Below are positions 11,451 to 22,370 of a stretch of DNA of 64,000 nucleotides, in pieces. This DNA comes from Macrostomum lignano (lineage: Eukaryota). Under the pieces are notes generated by a model. It was not told where the DNA came from. It ran no database searches and worked only from the letters and a program-made list of their open reading frames with translations. How positions within the stretch are numbered: the first letter of the stretch is position 1; every line of letters begins with the position of its first letter. The stretch spans positions 294,642 to 358,641 of the forward strand of contig NIVC01001827.1 in assembly GCA_002269645.1 (NCBI GenBank), in the 5' to 3' direction. The translations under genes were made by a program, and so were the position numbers.

Positions 11451-13063
11451 GACCATAGACAATTTTTTAGAATACAGTTCTCTAAAAGAAAAGCTCGACC
11501 ATGAAGTCTGTTAGGAAGTTAAGAACTAGAAGCAAGAAGCGAGAGAAATCGAATTAAAAATGCCTCTTATCAACTGGAAAAACCTACCGGTCGACAGTTT
11601 AGATGGCGTCTCGTCTACTGAACTAGATTTTCTGAGTGAACTGAGCGCCGTGAACCACAGTTCCGATGAAATTCTTGGAGATTTTATCGACTACCTGACT
11701 AAAATCGAGACGGCTGATGAGGCCGCTGCGGTTTCTAGTGTCGAGCTTCCAGAACTATCTGATTTACCCAGTGCGATGGATGTTGCCGAACTGGAATCAC
11801 TGCCGAGCACTACACGAGAACACATGTTTCTGTATGGCAAAATGTTCGTGGAGTTTTTGAAGAAACATGGTGCTGTGGATGTAAGCGTGATCAGTGACAG
11901 TCGCTTGGCCGAATTTTTAAGGTTCTTTTACTTCTGTCTAAAAAAATCTGACGGCAGTTGCTATTCGCCAGCTACGTTGGTCTGCATTCGTGCTGGAGTG
12001 CAGAGGTACTTGACTCTCGTGCTGAAGCGTCGAACAAATATTATTTCCAGTGACGAGTTCGCCACTGCCAACCGGATGCTGCGAGTAAAGGTGCGGCATT
12101 TTCATGCTGATGGAGGCACTGTCAATCAGCACGAGCCAATAGAAGAAGGTGATTTACAGAAAATGCGTGCTTATTTTGACCGTTCTACAGCAGAACGGTT
12201 GCAAGATGAAGTACTATTTACGCTGCTGTATGTCCTGGGCGAGAGAGGTCAAGAACACCTGTCAAGTCTAAAGCAAGTTGGCACGCTCCAAGAAGAAGTC
12301 GACGCTGATGGGAATCCATATCTTGCGTTGCCGCCGTTAAAGACAAAAAACCAGACTAGCGATCCAACAAAATGCAAGGGAAATCAGCGCAAACAGAGTC
12401 GGATCTACGGCGCTCAGCGGGAGTTGATCCTGCATCATCAGAGTTTGTTACCGCAGAATTCGTCCTCGTTCTTTCCGCGCCCTCTGACTAACAATTCGGG
12501 AGGACAAATTCGATTCTCTGCTACGCAAGTGCGCGGTGTCAATTGGTTGGCTGCATTCATGAAGCACGTTAGTAGTGTGTGCAACCTCTCCAAGCAGTAC
12601 ACGAATCACTGCATACGCGTCACGCGTATTGCGGATCTTTTCGACAAAGGAATGCCTATGGGGGAGATAATGGCGGTAACGGGACAACGATCGGAGTCCA
12701 CTGTTCGACGTTATCTCGCACGCAAGCGTGACAGAACCCTCAGGAAGGTTGCTACCGCTGTTAGTGACAATTTGGCCGCACCAACCGATGCGACTACGAG
12801 TGCAACCACTAGTGCAACAGTCATGCAGCAAGCTCAAGTTGACCTGCGAGGTGTGCAACAGCCGATGTTTGCCAACTGCCTCTTCGATGGGTGCACGTTC
12901 AAATTCTAACAAAGAATATATAGCTCGTACTTATAAGTCTTAACTGTCGAAAATCAAATACTTTGGTATTCGTTTGCTTTGCTATATCCTCGGTCTGTTT
13001 CCTGTTAAAGTTCTTGTTGCTTAAATTAATAAAAACAGTGAATTTCTCGCTCATAATCTATGG
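11451..13063 (+). mobile_element. Crypton-like tyrosine-recombinase transposon, apparently full length
   Basis: Single YR ORF bounded by GACCATAGAC (11451) and TCTATGG (13057-13063); an alternative left end TGCCATAGAT at 11366 forms a perfect 10-bp inverted repeat with ATCTATGGCA (13056-13065). Confidence 0.7.
11560..12909 (+). CDS. Crypton/DUF3504-type tyrosine recombinase, 449 aa, intronless
   Basis: FLRFFY...KSDG..YSPATL N-domain; LGERG (R), KTKNQ (K), YTNHCIR (HxxR), TGQRSESTVRRY (H position is Q; Y nucleophile). Confidence 0.85.
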   Translation: MPLINWKNLPVDSLDGVSSTELDFLSELSAVNHSSDEILGDFIDYLTKIETADEAAAVSSVELPELSDLPSAMDVAELESLPSTTREHMFLYGKMFVEFLKKHGAVDVSVISDSRLAEFLRFFYFCLKKSDGSCYSPATLVCIRAGVQRYLTLVLKRRTNIISSDEFATANRMLRVKVRHFHADGGTVNQHEPIEEGDLQKMRAYFDRSTAERLQDEVLFTLLYVLGERGQEHLSSLKQVGTLQEEVDADGNPYLALPPLKTKNQTSDPTKCKGNQRKQSRIYGAQRELILHHQSLLPQNSSSFFPRPLTNNSGGQIRFSATQVRGVNWLAAFMKHVSSVCNLSKQYTNHCIRVTRIADLFDKGMPMGEIMAVTGQRSESTVRRYLARKRDRTLRKVATAVSDNLAAPTDATTSATTSATVMQQAQVDLRGVQQPMFANCLFDGCTFKF

Positions 13064-13375
13064 CAATTTATCGTGACTTAACATCTTCATTAAAAAATGC
13101 ATTAAAAAACGATAGTCTATATGATAATGACTGAGCGCTGAGTGAAAGTATAAATACAATGCACTTTTATAGTATGCAACTGAGTTGAATAATGGCCAAA
13201 ACTCGAGTGCGCTACGCCTACCGCCTACCGGCGCTCGCCAGACAATCGTTGTCACGCACTGGGACCGCTGATTATTTATCCATTGTGTGCAGCAAACAAT
13301 AACGAGTGCCCGCATGTTCCGCTCGCGCTATCTATCACACCAGACGCAGTGATTGACATTGACAGAGTTGACAAT

Positions 13376-13872
13376 ATGATGTCAAGGATTGATAGCAGAG
13401 GAATTTCAGTTGCGGGCGACCGTGTCTTCGAGCCAGTGGTTGCTGCCTGGCGGCGCCAGCGGGTGGTTGCTTGGACGTTCAATGGGTCTCCCTGTGGGAT
13501 ATCCCACTCTTCAAGATCTGCAGAGACTCAGTTAATCCTTGCCTACCGTGCGACATCGTCAAACTGCAGACATGCGCCTCTGAAACTCAGTTAGAGCAAA
13601 AAATAGCTGAGTGCGAGAAGCGCTATTTCTACCGAGTCTGGGACCTGCTATTTGCCCACCTGTTCCCAGTTCAGCCTACAAGTCCAGCCGAGTCCCAGTC
13701 AGCCAAGCGCCAGAGAAAATCTCACTGCGAAGCAAACAGCCAGCAGCAGAAACTGGAGCAACAACCGCAACCGGTTGAGTCGACTGACACCCAGGAAAAA
13801 AGTGACAGTTTTCCCAGTTTAAATAGACGAGGCACGGGGGGAGCGAAGAGCAACAGACAAAAAGACTCATGA
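13376..13872 (+). pseudogene. Cys-motif protein X2, frameshifted copy
   Basis: N-terminal part (ATG 13376, ...FNGSPCG) and conserved core (CRDSVNPCLPC...CEKRYFYRVWDLLFAHLF) lie in different frames; shift near 13500-13520. Confidence 0.55.
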
Positions 13873-14113
13873 AAGAACGCCGGCGTGTGTACTTGTACTA
13901 CGACTATCTACGAGTACATGTATGTGTGCCGTATTTTTCGGTATTCAGTCGACCATATCTGAAACCATATCTCGACCATATTTTGAGCAATCAACATGCA
14001 CAAATGCAAGCGCAATTACACTATATATTAAAGTAGAATATTTTGATACGCCAGTATTTGTACACTCATAATTTTTGTGTTAACTGTTGTTCCAATCTTT
14101 TTTAAAACGCCCA

Positions 14114-14390
14114 AATAATAATAATAATAATTGGTTACCTGCCTGATTGGCCAGGTGTGGAACCGACAGCTCAGCCGCAGCTATTGCGCGGCGCATCTGA
14201 AGGTTGCCTACGGCTGTTCAGTCCAAGGACTGGGGGGTCGCCACACAGCCTCAATTACCCCAGCTAATGCTGGCACCCATTACACAGCTGGGTGAACTGA
14301 AGCAAAGACACAAATTGTTACGATGGGATCGAGAGTCGAACCTCCGACCGTCAAGTCGTGAGTCGGATGCTCTAACCGCTAGGCTATACC
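14114..14390 (-). mobile_element. tRNA-derived SINE with conserved central domain and (TTA)n tail
   Basis: A box TAGCCTAGCGG and B box GGTTCGACTCT; body CAGTTCACCCAGCTGTGTAATGGGTGCCAGC; a second copy lies at 47481-47689. Confidence 0.8.
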
Positions 14391-14874
14391 AACCCCCAAC
14401 GCCTAAAAAAGAGTCCACCATGAATGGCTGCTGACTTGTATGAAGGCTTGAGTCCAATGCTTAGTGTCTTGTCCTGGAATACTTTTTGGTCTACAAAACT
14501 TTTAATCTCATATTTCATTGCAAAAGATTTGGTTTTTCTTTTTGATACATGTATACTCGTAATACGAAATCAGGACCCCACCGTTGATACCATTAGCATT
14601 CAACTCAAATGAGCTTCTGGTGGTCAAAAAACGGGGTCATTAATTTTTCCGTTCTGTGAGATGTTCAGTGAAACATTGATGGAGTCATTTGGACTGTCGC
14701 TAGTTCAAGATCGTTAGGTATGTTTTTTCTGCTAGGCAGTTACTGCCGATGTATTCGTAATTAAAAACGATGCCGGAAAAAATCTCTTTGGTAGCAAAAA
14801 ATGCTTGAAAAGCAAAGTCAATCCAGCTGATGAAATGACCATGGTAAACATCCGTTGGCAGTTTCCGCCAACCA

Positions 14875-15222
14875 TCAGCAGTGCATGTACCTGCCGACAA
14901 TCTGACCACATCCGGGACAGGTGTGCACCGCGTCTTTGGCTCGGTCGCAGCAGAATGGAAAGCAGCAGAAAAGAGGACACAGAAGCCACGGCATGAGACC
15001 GTTGTACTTCTTCACTAAGGTAACGATATCCTTGTAGCAGTAAGGACAGGTCATAGGCAGCGGGTCAGGCCCGATCTGGGTGATCACAATGTCCGGCTGG
15101 TGCTGGCTCTGATGCCGGTGCTGCCGGCCCTCGTGTCCGGGCGGCCAGTCGTCCACTCCGCCGCGGTCGCAAATTCGGCCGCTGGAAATCGGCGGCGATC
15201 GAAGCCGCTCCGACCTGAGCAT
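14875..15222 (-). CDS. LITAF-domain protein 1 (115 aa)
   Basis: CPYC...NGLMPWL hydrophobic stretch...HTCPGC: CxxC/HxCxxC LITAF signature. Confidence 0.85.
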   Translation of the reverse strand: MLRSERLRSPPISSGRICDRGGVDDWPPGHEGRQHRHQSQHQPDIVITQIGPDPLPMTCPYCYKDIVTLVKKYNGLMPWLLCPLFCCFPFCCDRAKDAVHTCPGCGQIVGRYMHC

Positions 15223-15415
15223 GCCGAGTTGTGTGCGCGTAATTTTGGCTGGCGTTGACTGCCGTTGGCGGACCGTTCAATGCGGAGCTTCCAGGCCGGG
15301 CGCATCAAAGATTAACAATACGCGACTAGCGTCGATTCTGTGGCTGATGCTACAGCATTGCTCAGCTAGTTTCTGCTGCATCTGTTGTCAATTATTTTTT
15401 AAATAGGTCTTTCCA

Positions 15416-15661
15416 CCATAGAACCCTTATTTACGAGTAAATAACCCTTATGTATCAGATTAAACATGCCTTTTGAGGGAGTTATTTGTATAAATCACGA
15501 GGGCCTGAGGCCCGAGGGATTTATGAAAATAACTCCCGAAAAAGGCATGTGTAATCTCGTATAAACCATAGACATAAAGACTTTACGGGATATTTTTGAA
15601 TATTACCAAATAAAATCCCGGAGAACGCAAATATTGTCACGGAAAGTCTTTATTTCTATGG
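15416..15661. mobile_element. Non-autonomous CCATAGA...TCTATGG element with internal long hairpin
   Basis: Termini match those of the YR element; ~110-bp palindrome centred on GGGCC-TGA-GGCCC (~15500-15512). Confidence 0.55.
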
Positions 15662-17029
15662 ATTATTGCTGCTATTCCCACCCGATTTACGGGGCTCAAA
15701 TGTCACGGAAATCTTCAATCCTCATCACAGATACTAAAATAACCAAATGGGCCACTCAGGCATATATACTCGTACTTAGCAAAACAGCTTTCTACTTTCA
15801 GTTCAGTAGCAAAGAAGAATACATAAGCTATTTTTTAAAAAATAAAGGCTGCTGAAATGACTCTGACTCTGACTCTGAGTTTAGAAGCCCAAACTTGCAG
15901 GCGTGAACAACTTGCTAATTGGTTCAGCAATACTGTAGTGTACATTAGCCAGTCCCCTGAAATGTACATGGCAGCTTTAGGCTGGAATAAAATTGGGGCG
16001 GGACGGTGGTAAAGTGGTAAGGCGCGGCTGGAGGGTTAAGCTGGGGGTAAGAGCCATTAAATAAGCCTTGGATTTAAAAATACATTAAAATGCTTCAGTT
16101 TAACTTACTACTGAACTGAAAGTAGCTTACACGCAAATGTGCTGAGTGGCCCATCTAGTTATTCTAGTATCTGTGATCCTCATGATAGATTTGGGCTGGG
16201 TAAGGAGGGATTTGGAAGAGCGGAGGGCGAATACTGGACGGATTGAAGCTACCACCTGATTTTCGTTGTTTTTTCCAGCATTTTAAAATATCAAAATGGT
16301 TGACCAGGTGATAGACGCTGGTCGAAAGACACTGATCTTTCAGTGTCTTTCCTAATTCCTAATTCTATCTCCAATTGTGAAGTAATTATGTACCTTTATG
16401 AAGCATTGAATGCTAAATGATCCTCACCGAGTCATACTGCTCACAGCTGGTGCAACAGGTGCAGCTGCTGACGCTATCGGCGCCCTACTGGTGAGAGGAC
16501 AGGCGCGCACTCGGCAATTCGTCGGATACCTGCTGACTGATGTCGGCGCCCTGGATTTGGTCGGCAGTGCAGCCTGCACTGCGACGCTGTTCTCATCTCG
16601 ATATTAAGACTTACTGACAGGGAATTCTTTGCTGCTCCCAGGCTTAAAAGATACGAGTACACATGTTGCGATACAATGTCCCAGGGCGAATGATGTCTTT
16701 AAAATCCAGTAAGCCGCCACTAACTGCCCTACAAAGAACGGAACAGTGATGAGCTGATTAAAATCGGGTATACGAGGGCCCAAAGTCTTTTTTGCTGATT
16801 CTTTCAAAAAAGTTTCGTAAAAAGATCCGAGCATATGAGTCCGGTAACAAGGAAACAGCACATCAGGAGTTTAGTAGCGAAAAAGCGAAAAGCACTGGGA
16901 ATCGAGCCTGGGCTGCTGGCACATCAGAGCACCGCGCTAGACCTCTGGGCTACGGCACCCCGAAGACAAAGCTTTATTGAGAATAAAAGCTTTCCTTCGA
17001 CAAAAATTTTCTGATTAAAAGTTGGCTTT

Positions 17030-17295
17030 GTGGATCCGATTAAGAGAAAGAAACTCCGATTTTTCCGTTATGTTGTGAGAAGTGATGGAGTGCTGAAGGC
17101 TGTGGTAGAAGGTGGTGTTGAGGGACACAGGGGCAGAGGCAGGCCACAAGATGACTGGGCAGGCAATCTGAAGCTGCAGAGTGGCGAGAGTATGATGCAG
17201 CTGAGCAGGATGGCCTTGAATCGTAGGAGGTGGAGAGTCGCTGTCGAGAATCGGGTGCACCAACGGCCATACTGGCTACGGACCTGATGATGATG
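17030..17295 (+). mobile_element. 3' end of an RTE-clade LINE (5' truncated)
   Basis: IKRKKLRFFRYVVR...VVEGGVEGHRGRGRP..W...RRWR C-terminal signature followed by a (TGA)n tail. Confidence 0.85.
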
Positions 17296-17445
17296 GCAAT
17301 GATGAAAAGTAGAAATAAAGTACATTTAGATAGTTTCTGTTCTATGATTTTTTAGAATGATGCGGCTCCGTTTACACAGTGCCAATGCTATAAAGTTTGT
17401 TTGGTCAAATGTTGGCGTTTTCTTTTCAAACAGAAGCATCTGCAT

Positions 17446-17784
17446 CTAGTTGATCAGCCTGTGCCTTCCAACCACTTGCTGGCAGCTGGGGCAGCGGTGC
17501 TCCGAGTCCTTCAGTTTGTCAATGAAGAACGGGATGATGCAGCAGCCAAAAAAGCACCCAACCAACGCCAGACCGCCGCAGACAAGCCAAGGAACCAAGC
17601 CATTGATTTGATTCACCGCTGTGGTGATGTTGACGCGGCAGTGCGGGCACATCATCGTCACCGGATGCTTATCGAATGACACAGACGGTTTGTCAACAAC
17701 TTGCACTGCCGGCGGCTGCTGCTGCTGCTGGTAGCATCCCTGTGGAACATCGTATGCCGGTGGCGTAGCCTGGCCCTTCTCCAT
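17446..17784 (-). CDS. LITAF-domain protein 2 (112 aa)
   Basis: MEKGQATPPAY, CPHC...HRCPSC, PY-like N-terminus. Confidence 0.92.
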   Translation of the reverse strand: MEKGQATPPAYDVPQGCYQQQQQPPAVQVVDKPSVSFDKHPVTMMCPHCRVNITTAVNQINGLVPWLVCGGLALVGCFFGCCIIPFFIDKLKDSEHRCPSCQQVVGRHRLIN

Positions 17785-19732
17785 GGCTGGCTTTCAACTT
17801 GTTTGTCCTGTCTGTTATGTAGAATCTAGTTTCTACCCGGACTGCGAGCGGTAAGTGTGCTGCCGAATTCAGAGTCTACTTATATGATGTGTCCGAATGC
17901 CTTCCGCTAGACCGCAAGTAACCCAAAGAGTGAACAGCATGCCACACAAAAATTTCTCGAAAATGCGCACAAAACCAATGATCTCTAATCCAATCAGTGA
18001 CAGCTCAATATTATTGCGCAAAAAAATCGTGAGCATCTTGCTGTGGCAAATGTTTCTCATTTCCACATATACTGAGCTCAAAATGCTGACTGGCAGCTTT
18101 TCTACATTGTAAATCTTGAGCTGTACGTCTTGTAGAATTTCGGGTCTCTTTTTTGGGGCGTTGTTTTTTTTCGATGCGCAGCGATAAGCCAGTAAATTCA
18201 TAACAATTATTAAGCGTGCCTGTTATTGTATAGCGCCGAGAAGCATATGCAATAGCTAAAAGCAGAAATTCCTTCTGAGCTGCACTGGAGTTAAGGACTT
18301 GACGGCCGAAGCTTTGGATTTAGAATGCCTTTTGTTGTACGCTCCGTGTTGGTTTGCACCAACTAATAGCTATATTCAGCTCAAGTTACTGGCCGTAGCT
18401 ATAGAAACTCGATGGAAAATGCTCGACTTTATTGCGATTGATGTCATCTACATGTACTAGTAATGCAGAAATATCACTGTTCATATTGCACATCGTAGAA
18501 ATATGTCTGATGCTCTGCAATATAGCCAGGTTACAGCCTGCTGCTCAAGCTGCCTACAGCTTGTACGAAAGTGTGACAATTGACTGCTGCAATTTGACTG
18601 CTGAAAATTTAGGCTGTGGTTAGGTTTAGGGCCTAGGGACTGCTGTGTTTTCGTCAATTGTGAGAAATAGCCAACATGGAGACTGGGATTGTCAGTTCAG
18701 TAGCTTGCGAGATATAGACACTTTTTTGACAATTTGTTAAGAATGATCGCGGAAGTGAAACTATATATCTGGTTCCATTCACTGGGTTAGATATTGAGCA
18801 ACATGAGCAGCTTCTTGCACAACTCGAGGAGTTGCTGTGCAATCACAATTTTGACTCGCACATACGAGTATTTTCTTCACAACGGGATGGTGAGGTCATA
18901 TGGCACCCCTTTTCCGAACCTTGACGTTGGATTGAAACTTTAAAAGAGGCATTCTACTAAAAGTAGCGAGCTGACGACGCCAACTCTTCACTGCTTATCT
19001 ACACAGAAAAAGCAGCAGGAATCCTCAAAAAGAAATACTGGTGTAAATTTCACGCCTGAACAAGAAGACTATGCAGGCCCGTGGAATCCGTTGGACTCGA
19101 AGAGATGCTGACGCTGTTCTCATTTCGATTTTAAGACCTACAGACGGTGAATTCTTTGCTGCTGTTGCTGTTACTCTAGCATATCTCAAGCAGCTCCCAA
19201 GTTTTAAAAGGTACTCTTTCATAAATTACAAAACAACGGCCCACGGAAACTTTGATGATGAATGGTGTCTTTTAAATCCAGTTCCATCCGGCATATACGG
19301 CTCGTATTTGGTTTGGCCGTATCGTCCATCGGGAGAAATCATTTTATATTTGCTTAATGAAAACTTTGCAACAATGAGACAGTGGCTCGTAATGAAGAGC
19401 ATGTACAGATCCGTGTGAATGCGAGACATCAGCAGATGCCTTACCTAGGTTAATGCTTAGCTTTCGCTTACCATGATTGGCTAAAAAAGTTTTATACAGC
19501 AATAGATAGAAAGCCATACTTAAAGAAGAATAGAATTTTCAATCAGAAATTTTTTCAAAGATAAAAACACAAAAAAGTACATTGGATGGCTTTGTGAACC
19601 TTGTGAACCTCTAATTACGAGCTTATGATTTTAGAATGATGCGGCCCTTTTTACATTGTGCCGATGCGATAAAGTTTGCTTGGTCAGGTCTAATCGTTCT
19701 TTTCGTTTCTTTTTGAGCAGCAAAATCTGTGC

Positions 19733-20143
19733 CTAGCTGATCAGCCTGTGCCTTCCAACCACCTGCTGGCAGTTGGGGCATCGGTGCTCCGCGTCCTTCA
19801 GATCGTCAATACAGAACGGGATGAGGCAGCAGCCGAGCCAGCAGCCAATTAGAATGAGGCCGCCACTGACAAGCCACGGAGCCAAGCCATTAACGTAGCT
19901 CACCGCCGTGGTGATGTGGGCGCGGCAGTGCGGGCACGTCGTCGTCACCGGTTCCTTATTGAATGACACCGCGGCCGCAGGCTGTTGGACGACAACTTGC
20001 ACTGATGACTGCTGCGGCTGCTGCTGCATTGGGTAATGCTGCTGCGGAGGAGGATACGGCGCTCCAGTTTGAGGATAGTGCTGCTGCTGGTGGCCTCCCT
20101 GCGAAGCATCGTATGCCGGTGGCGGAGCCTGGCCCTTCTCCAT
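19733..20143 (-). CDS. LITAF-domain protein 3 (136 aa)
   Basis: MEKGQAPPPAY, P/Q-rich N-terminus, CPHC...HRCPNC. Confidence 0.92.
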   Translation of the reverse strand: MEKGQAPPPAYDASQGGHQQQHYPQTGAPYPPPQQHYPMQQQPQQSSVQVVVQQPAAAVSFNKEPVTTTCPHCRAHITTAVSYVNGLAPWLVSGGLILIGCWLGCCLIPFCIDDLKDAEHRCPNCQQVVGRHRLIS

Positions 20144-21289
20144 GGCTGGCTCTCAACTTGTTTTTCCTGTCTGTGTTATGTAGAATCTAATTTTTACCCG
20201 GACTGCGAGCGGTAAGTAAGTTCGCTGCCGATTTCAGAGCCCACTTATATTTTGTGTCCGAATGCTGCCTGCCTGTCGCTAGACAGCAGCAGCCCAAAGA
20301 TTGGACAGCGTGCTACTCAAAATTTTCTTGAAAATGCGCACGGCATTTCATCTCTCCTCCATTGTGCGACGGCTGCATATTATTGAGCGAGAATCGTGAG
20401 CATCTTGTTGGCCAGAGCTTTCCAAGTGTAGCTGCTTTAATTGCTTCACATCAATCCTTAAGTTTACTTTACTCGAGTCTGCTAACTTTACCAATTTAAT
20501 GTGCGCTGGGCTGTGAGAATAAGCGTGCGAGACGAGAGGCCTGCCTGGCTCGGTTGTAGCTCGTATGCTCAGGCACATTGCTTGAAGAGTTTTTCATTTC
20601 TACGCAGTGAGCTCAAAAATGAGGGCAGGGCGGGCAGATCTCGAGCTGTGGAACTTTGGCTTGTTGCGTGGTTTTTCCGATGCGATGAGCCAGTAAGTGC
20701 GTGGCTGTTATAAAGCGCGCCTGTTTATTGTACAGCGCCAACTAATAGGTGCGGACACAGATGCTAGAATAGCAGATACTAGTTATTCTAGTATCTGTGT
20801 GTGCGAACAGCTGAAGAAACTCAATGGAAAATGCTCAACTTTTCTGCGATTGATGTAATCTACATGTACTAGTAATTCAGAAATATCACTGTTCATTTTG
20901 CATATCACAGAAATATGTCTGATGCTCTGCAATATAGCCAGGTGTACAACCTGCTGCTGAAGCTGCCTACAGCTTGTAATATCCAGACACATTGTAAGTA
21001 GCATCCGGTTACTAAACGCAGATCACAGGGCAGGGTGAACTGAATAGAGATTCGACAAGTTAGAAATTTGCTTGTATGCTTGTACGTGCATTTATTTGTG
21101 TTAGTTATCGACAATGGAGTTCAGTTTTTTAACAGAATACATGTTATGTAGCGCCAAATACATGTATAATGTAAATCATTAACAAATAGTTTACTTTGAG
21201 TAGACCCAGCTAGAGTCTAGCATTGGGTGTGATTGTTTAGTTACAATCGCTGGAGTTTCTGCTCGTATGGCAACAAGAAATCTTCGACA

Positions 21290-21591
21290 TTCTTTCGTCT
21301 TACGATACCCACAGCCCAATTGATTACTGGCGTCAAATGGAGAATGGTAAGAATGGAAACAGACGAGCAAATTGCAAAACTCTTAATCGTAGCTTACTAG
21401 AGCCATTTTAACAAATTTTCCATTTAGGGTATCGTATAACGATAGTGAATAGAAGGATCGTGCTCTAGCTAGTAAGCTACGACTGTAGGATTTTCGCAAT
21501 CACGGCTACGTCTCTTTCAATTCTCACTATTTTCCATTGGATATCGTATAACAAAATTGACGCAAAATGCGGGTATCGTAAGACGAAAGAA
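21290..21591. mobile_element. Small inverted-repeat element (MITE-like)
   Basis: TTCTTTCGTCTTACGATACCC at 21290 and its reverse complement at ~21571-21591; no clear TSD. Confidence 0.5.
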
Positions 21592-21814
21592 GGCCAAAAC
21601 CTCTTTGATAAAAACTGCTACAAAATGTTTTTGAAGCACGAGTTCAACAATTTGTGCTCTTATGCGCGATTTGAAACTGGAAAGAGCTTTGGGCTGTACT
21701 GGAATACCCGGTACATGTATCGCAGTTATGTACAAGCGCGCGTAATTCAATTGTACTCGTACTTTAATCGTACTTTAAATATTCCGACGAAGTTACGCAC
21801 ATCAAAATCTGGAT

Positions 21815-22066
21815 CTAGCAGATCACCTTGTACCTGCCAATCACCTGCTGGCAGCTGGGGCAGCGGTGCTCCGTGTCCTTCAGAGTGTTGATGCAGAACG
21901 GGATGAGGCAGCAGCCGAGCATACAGCCAATCAACGCCATACCGCCGCAGAAAATCCAAGGAGCGAAGCCATTGATCTGATTTACCGTCGTGGTGATGTT
22001 GGAGCCGCAGTGGGGACACGTGGTCGTCAACGGTTCCTTGTCGAATGATATTGGCTGCATGACCAT
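21815..22066 (-). CDS. LITAF-domain protein 4 (83 aa from first ATG; N-terminus uncertain)
   Basis: CPHC...HRCPSC; an in-frame TAG at 22108-22106 blocks upstream extension. Confidence 0.8.
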   Translation of the reverse strand: MVMQPISFDKEPLTTTCPHCGSNITTTVNQINGFAPWIFCGGMALIGCMLGCCLIPFCINTLKDTEHRCPSCQQVIGRYKVIC

Positions 22067-22370
22067 ATTGTACGGTACTGGCGGCTGCTGCTGTTGCAGC
22101 ACTGGCTATGCTGCTGCTGTTGCAGCACTGGCTATGCTGCTGCTGTATGCATTCCTGATCGCATTCATTCCTTCCCGCCACTTTAGTCTGTGGCAATATA
22201 ACATTAACATTTATTATTGCGGGATTGCCCAGCAAAAATAAATGTTTATAATATTGTCATAATGTGAGAAAATTCCGGGCGTCAATGTCGAAAATTCCGG
22301 GCTCTTTGTTGTAACATACAAGAAGTTTTAAGTGTCTAAGACCATTCTTTCTCCTCATTTGTCAATTTAG

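Larger units (their letters stand above)
16584..20980. repeat. Tandem segmental duplication, period ~2.3-2.5 kb, carrying LITAF 2 and 3
   Basis: Matching blocks 16584-16720/19108-19290, 17343-17860/19623-20220 and 18410-18565/20818-20978. Confidence 0.85.

Noticed and set aside
11560-12909. Phage or bacterial integrase contamination
   Set aside because: Motif pattern (YTNHCIR, FY..LKK.DG..YS) is Crypton/DUF3504-like, and decayed relatives are embedded among eukaryotic genes.
16430-16600. GC-rich island as an extra exon or LITAF pseudogene
   Set aside because: No frame resembles LITAF or any protein I recognise; no consistent splice partners.
17825-17860. Spliced-leader RNA gene at ...GCG|GTAAGT
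   Set aside because: No AUG before the donor and no recognisable Sm site or stem-loops downstream.
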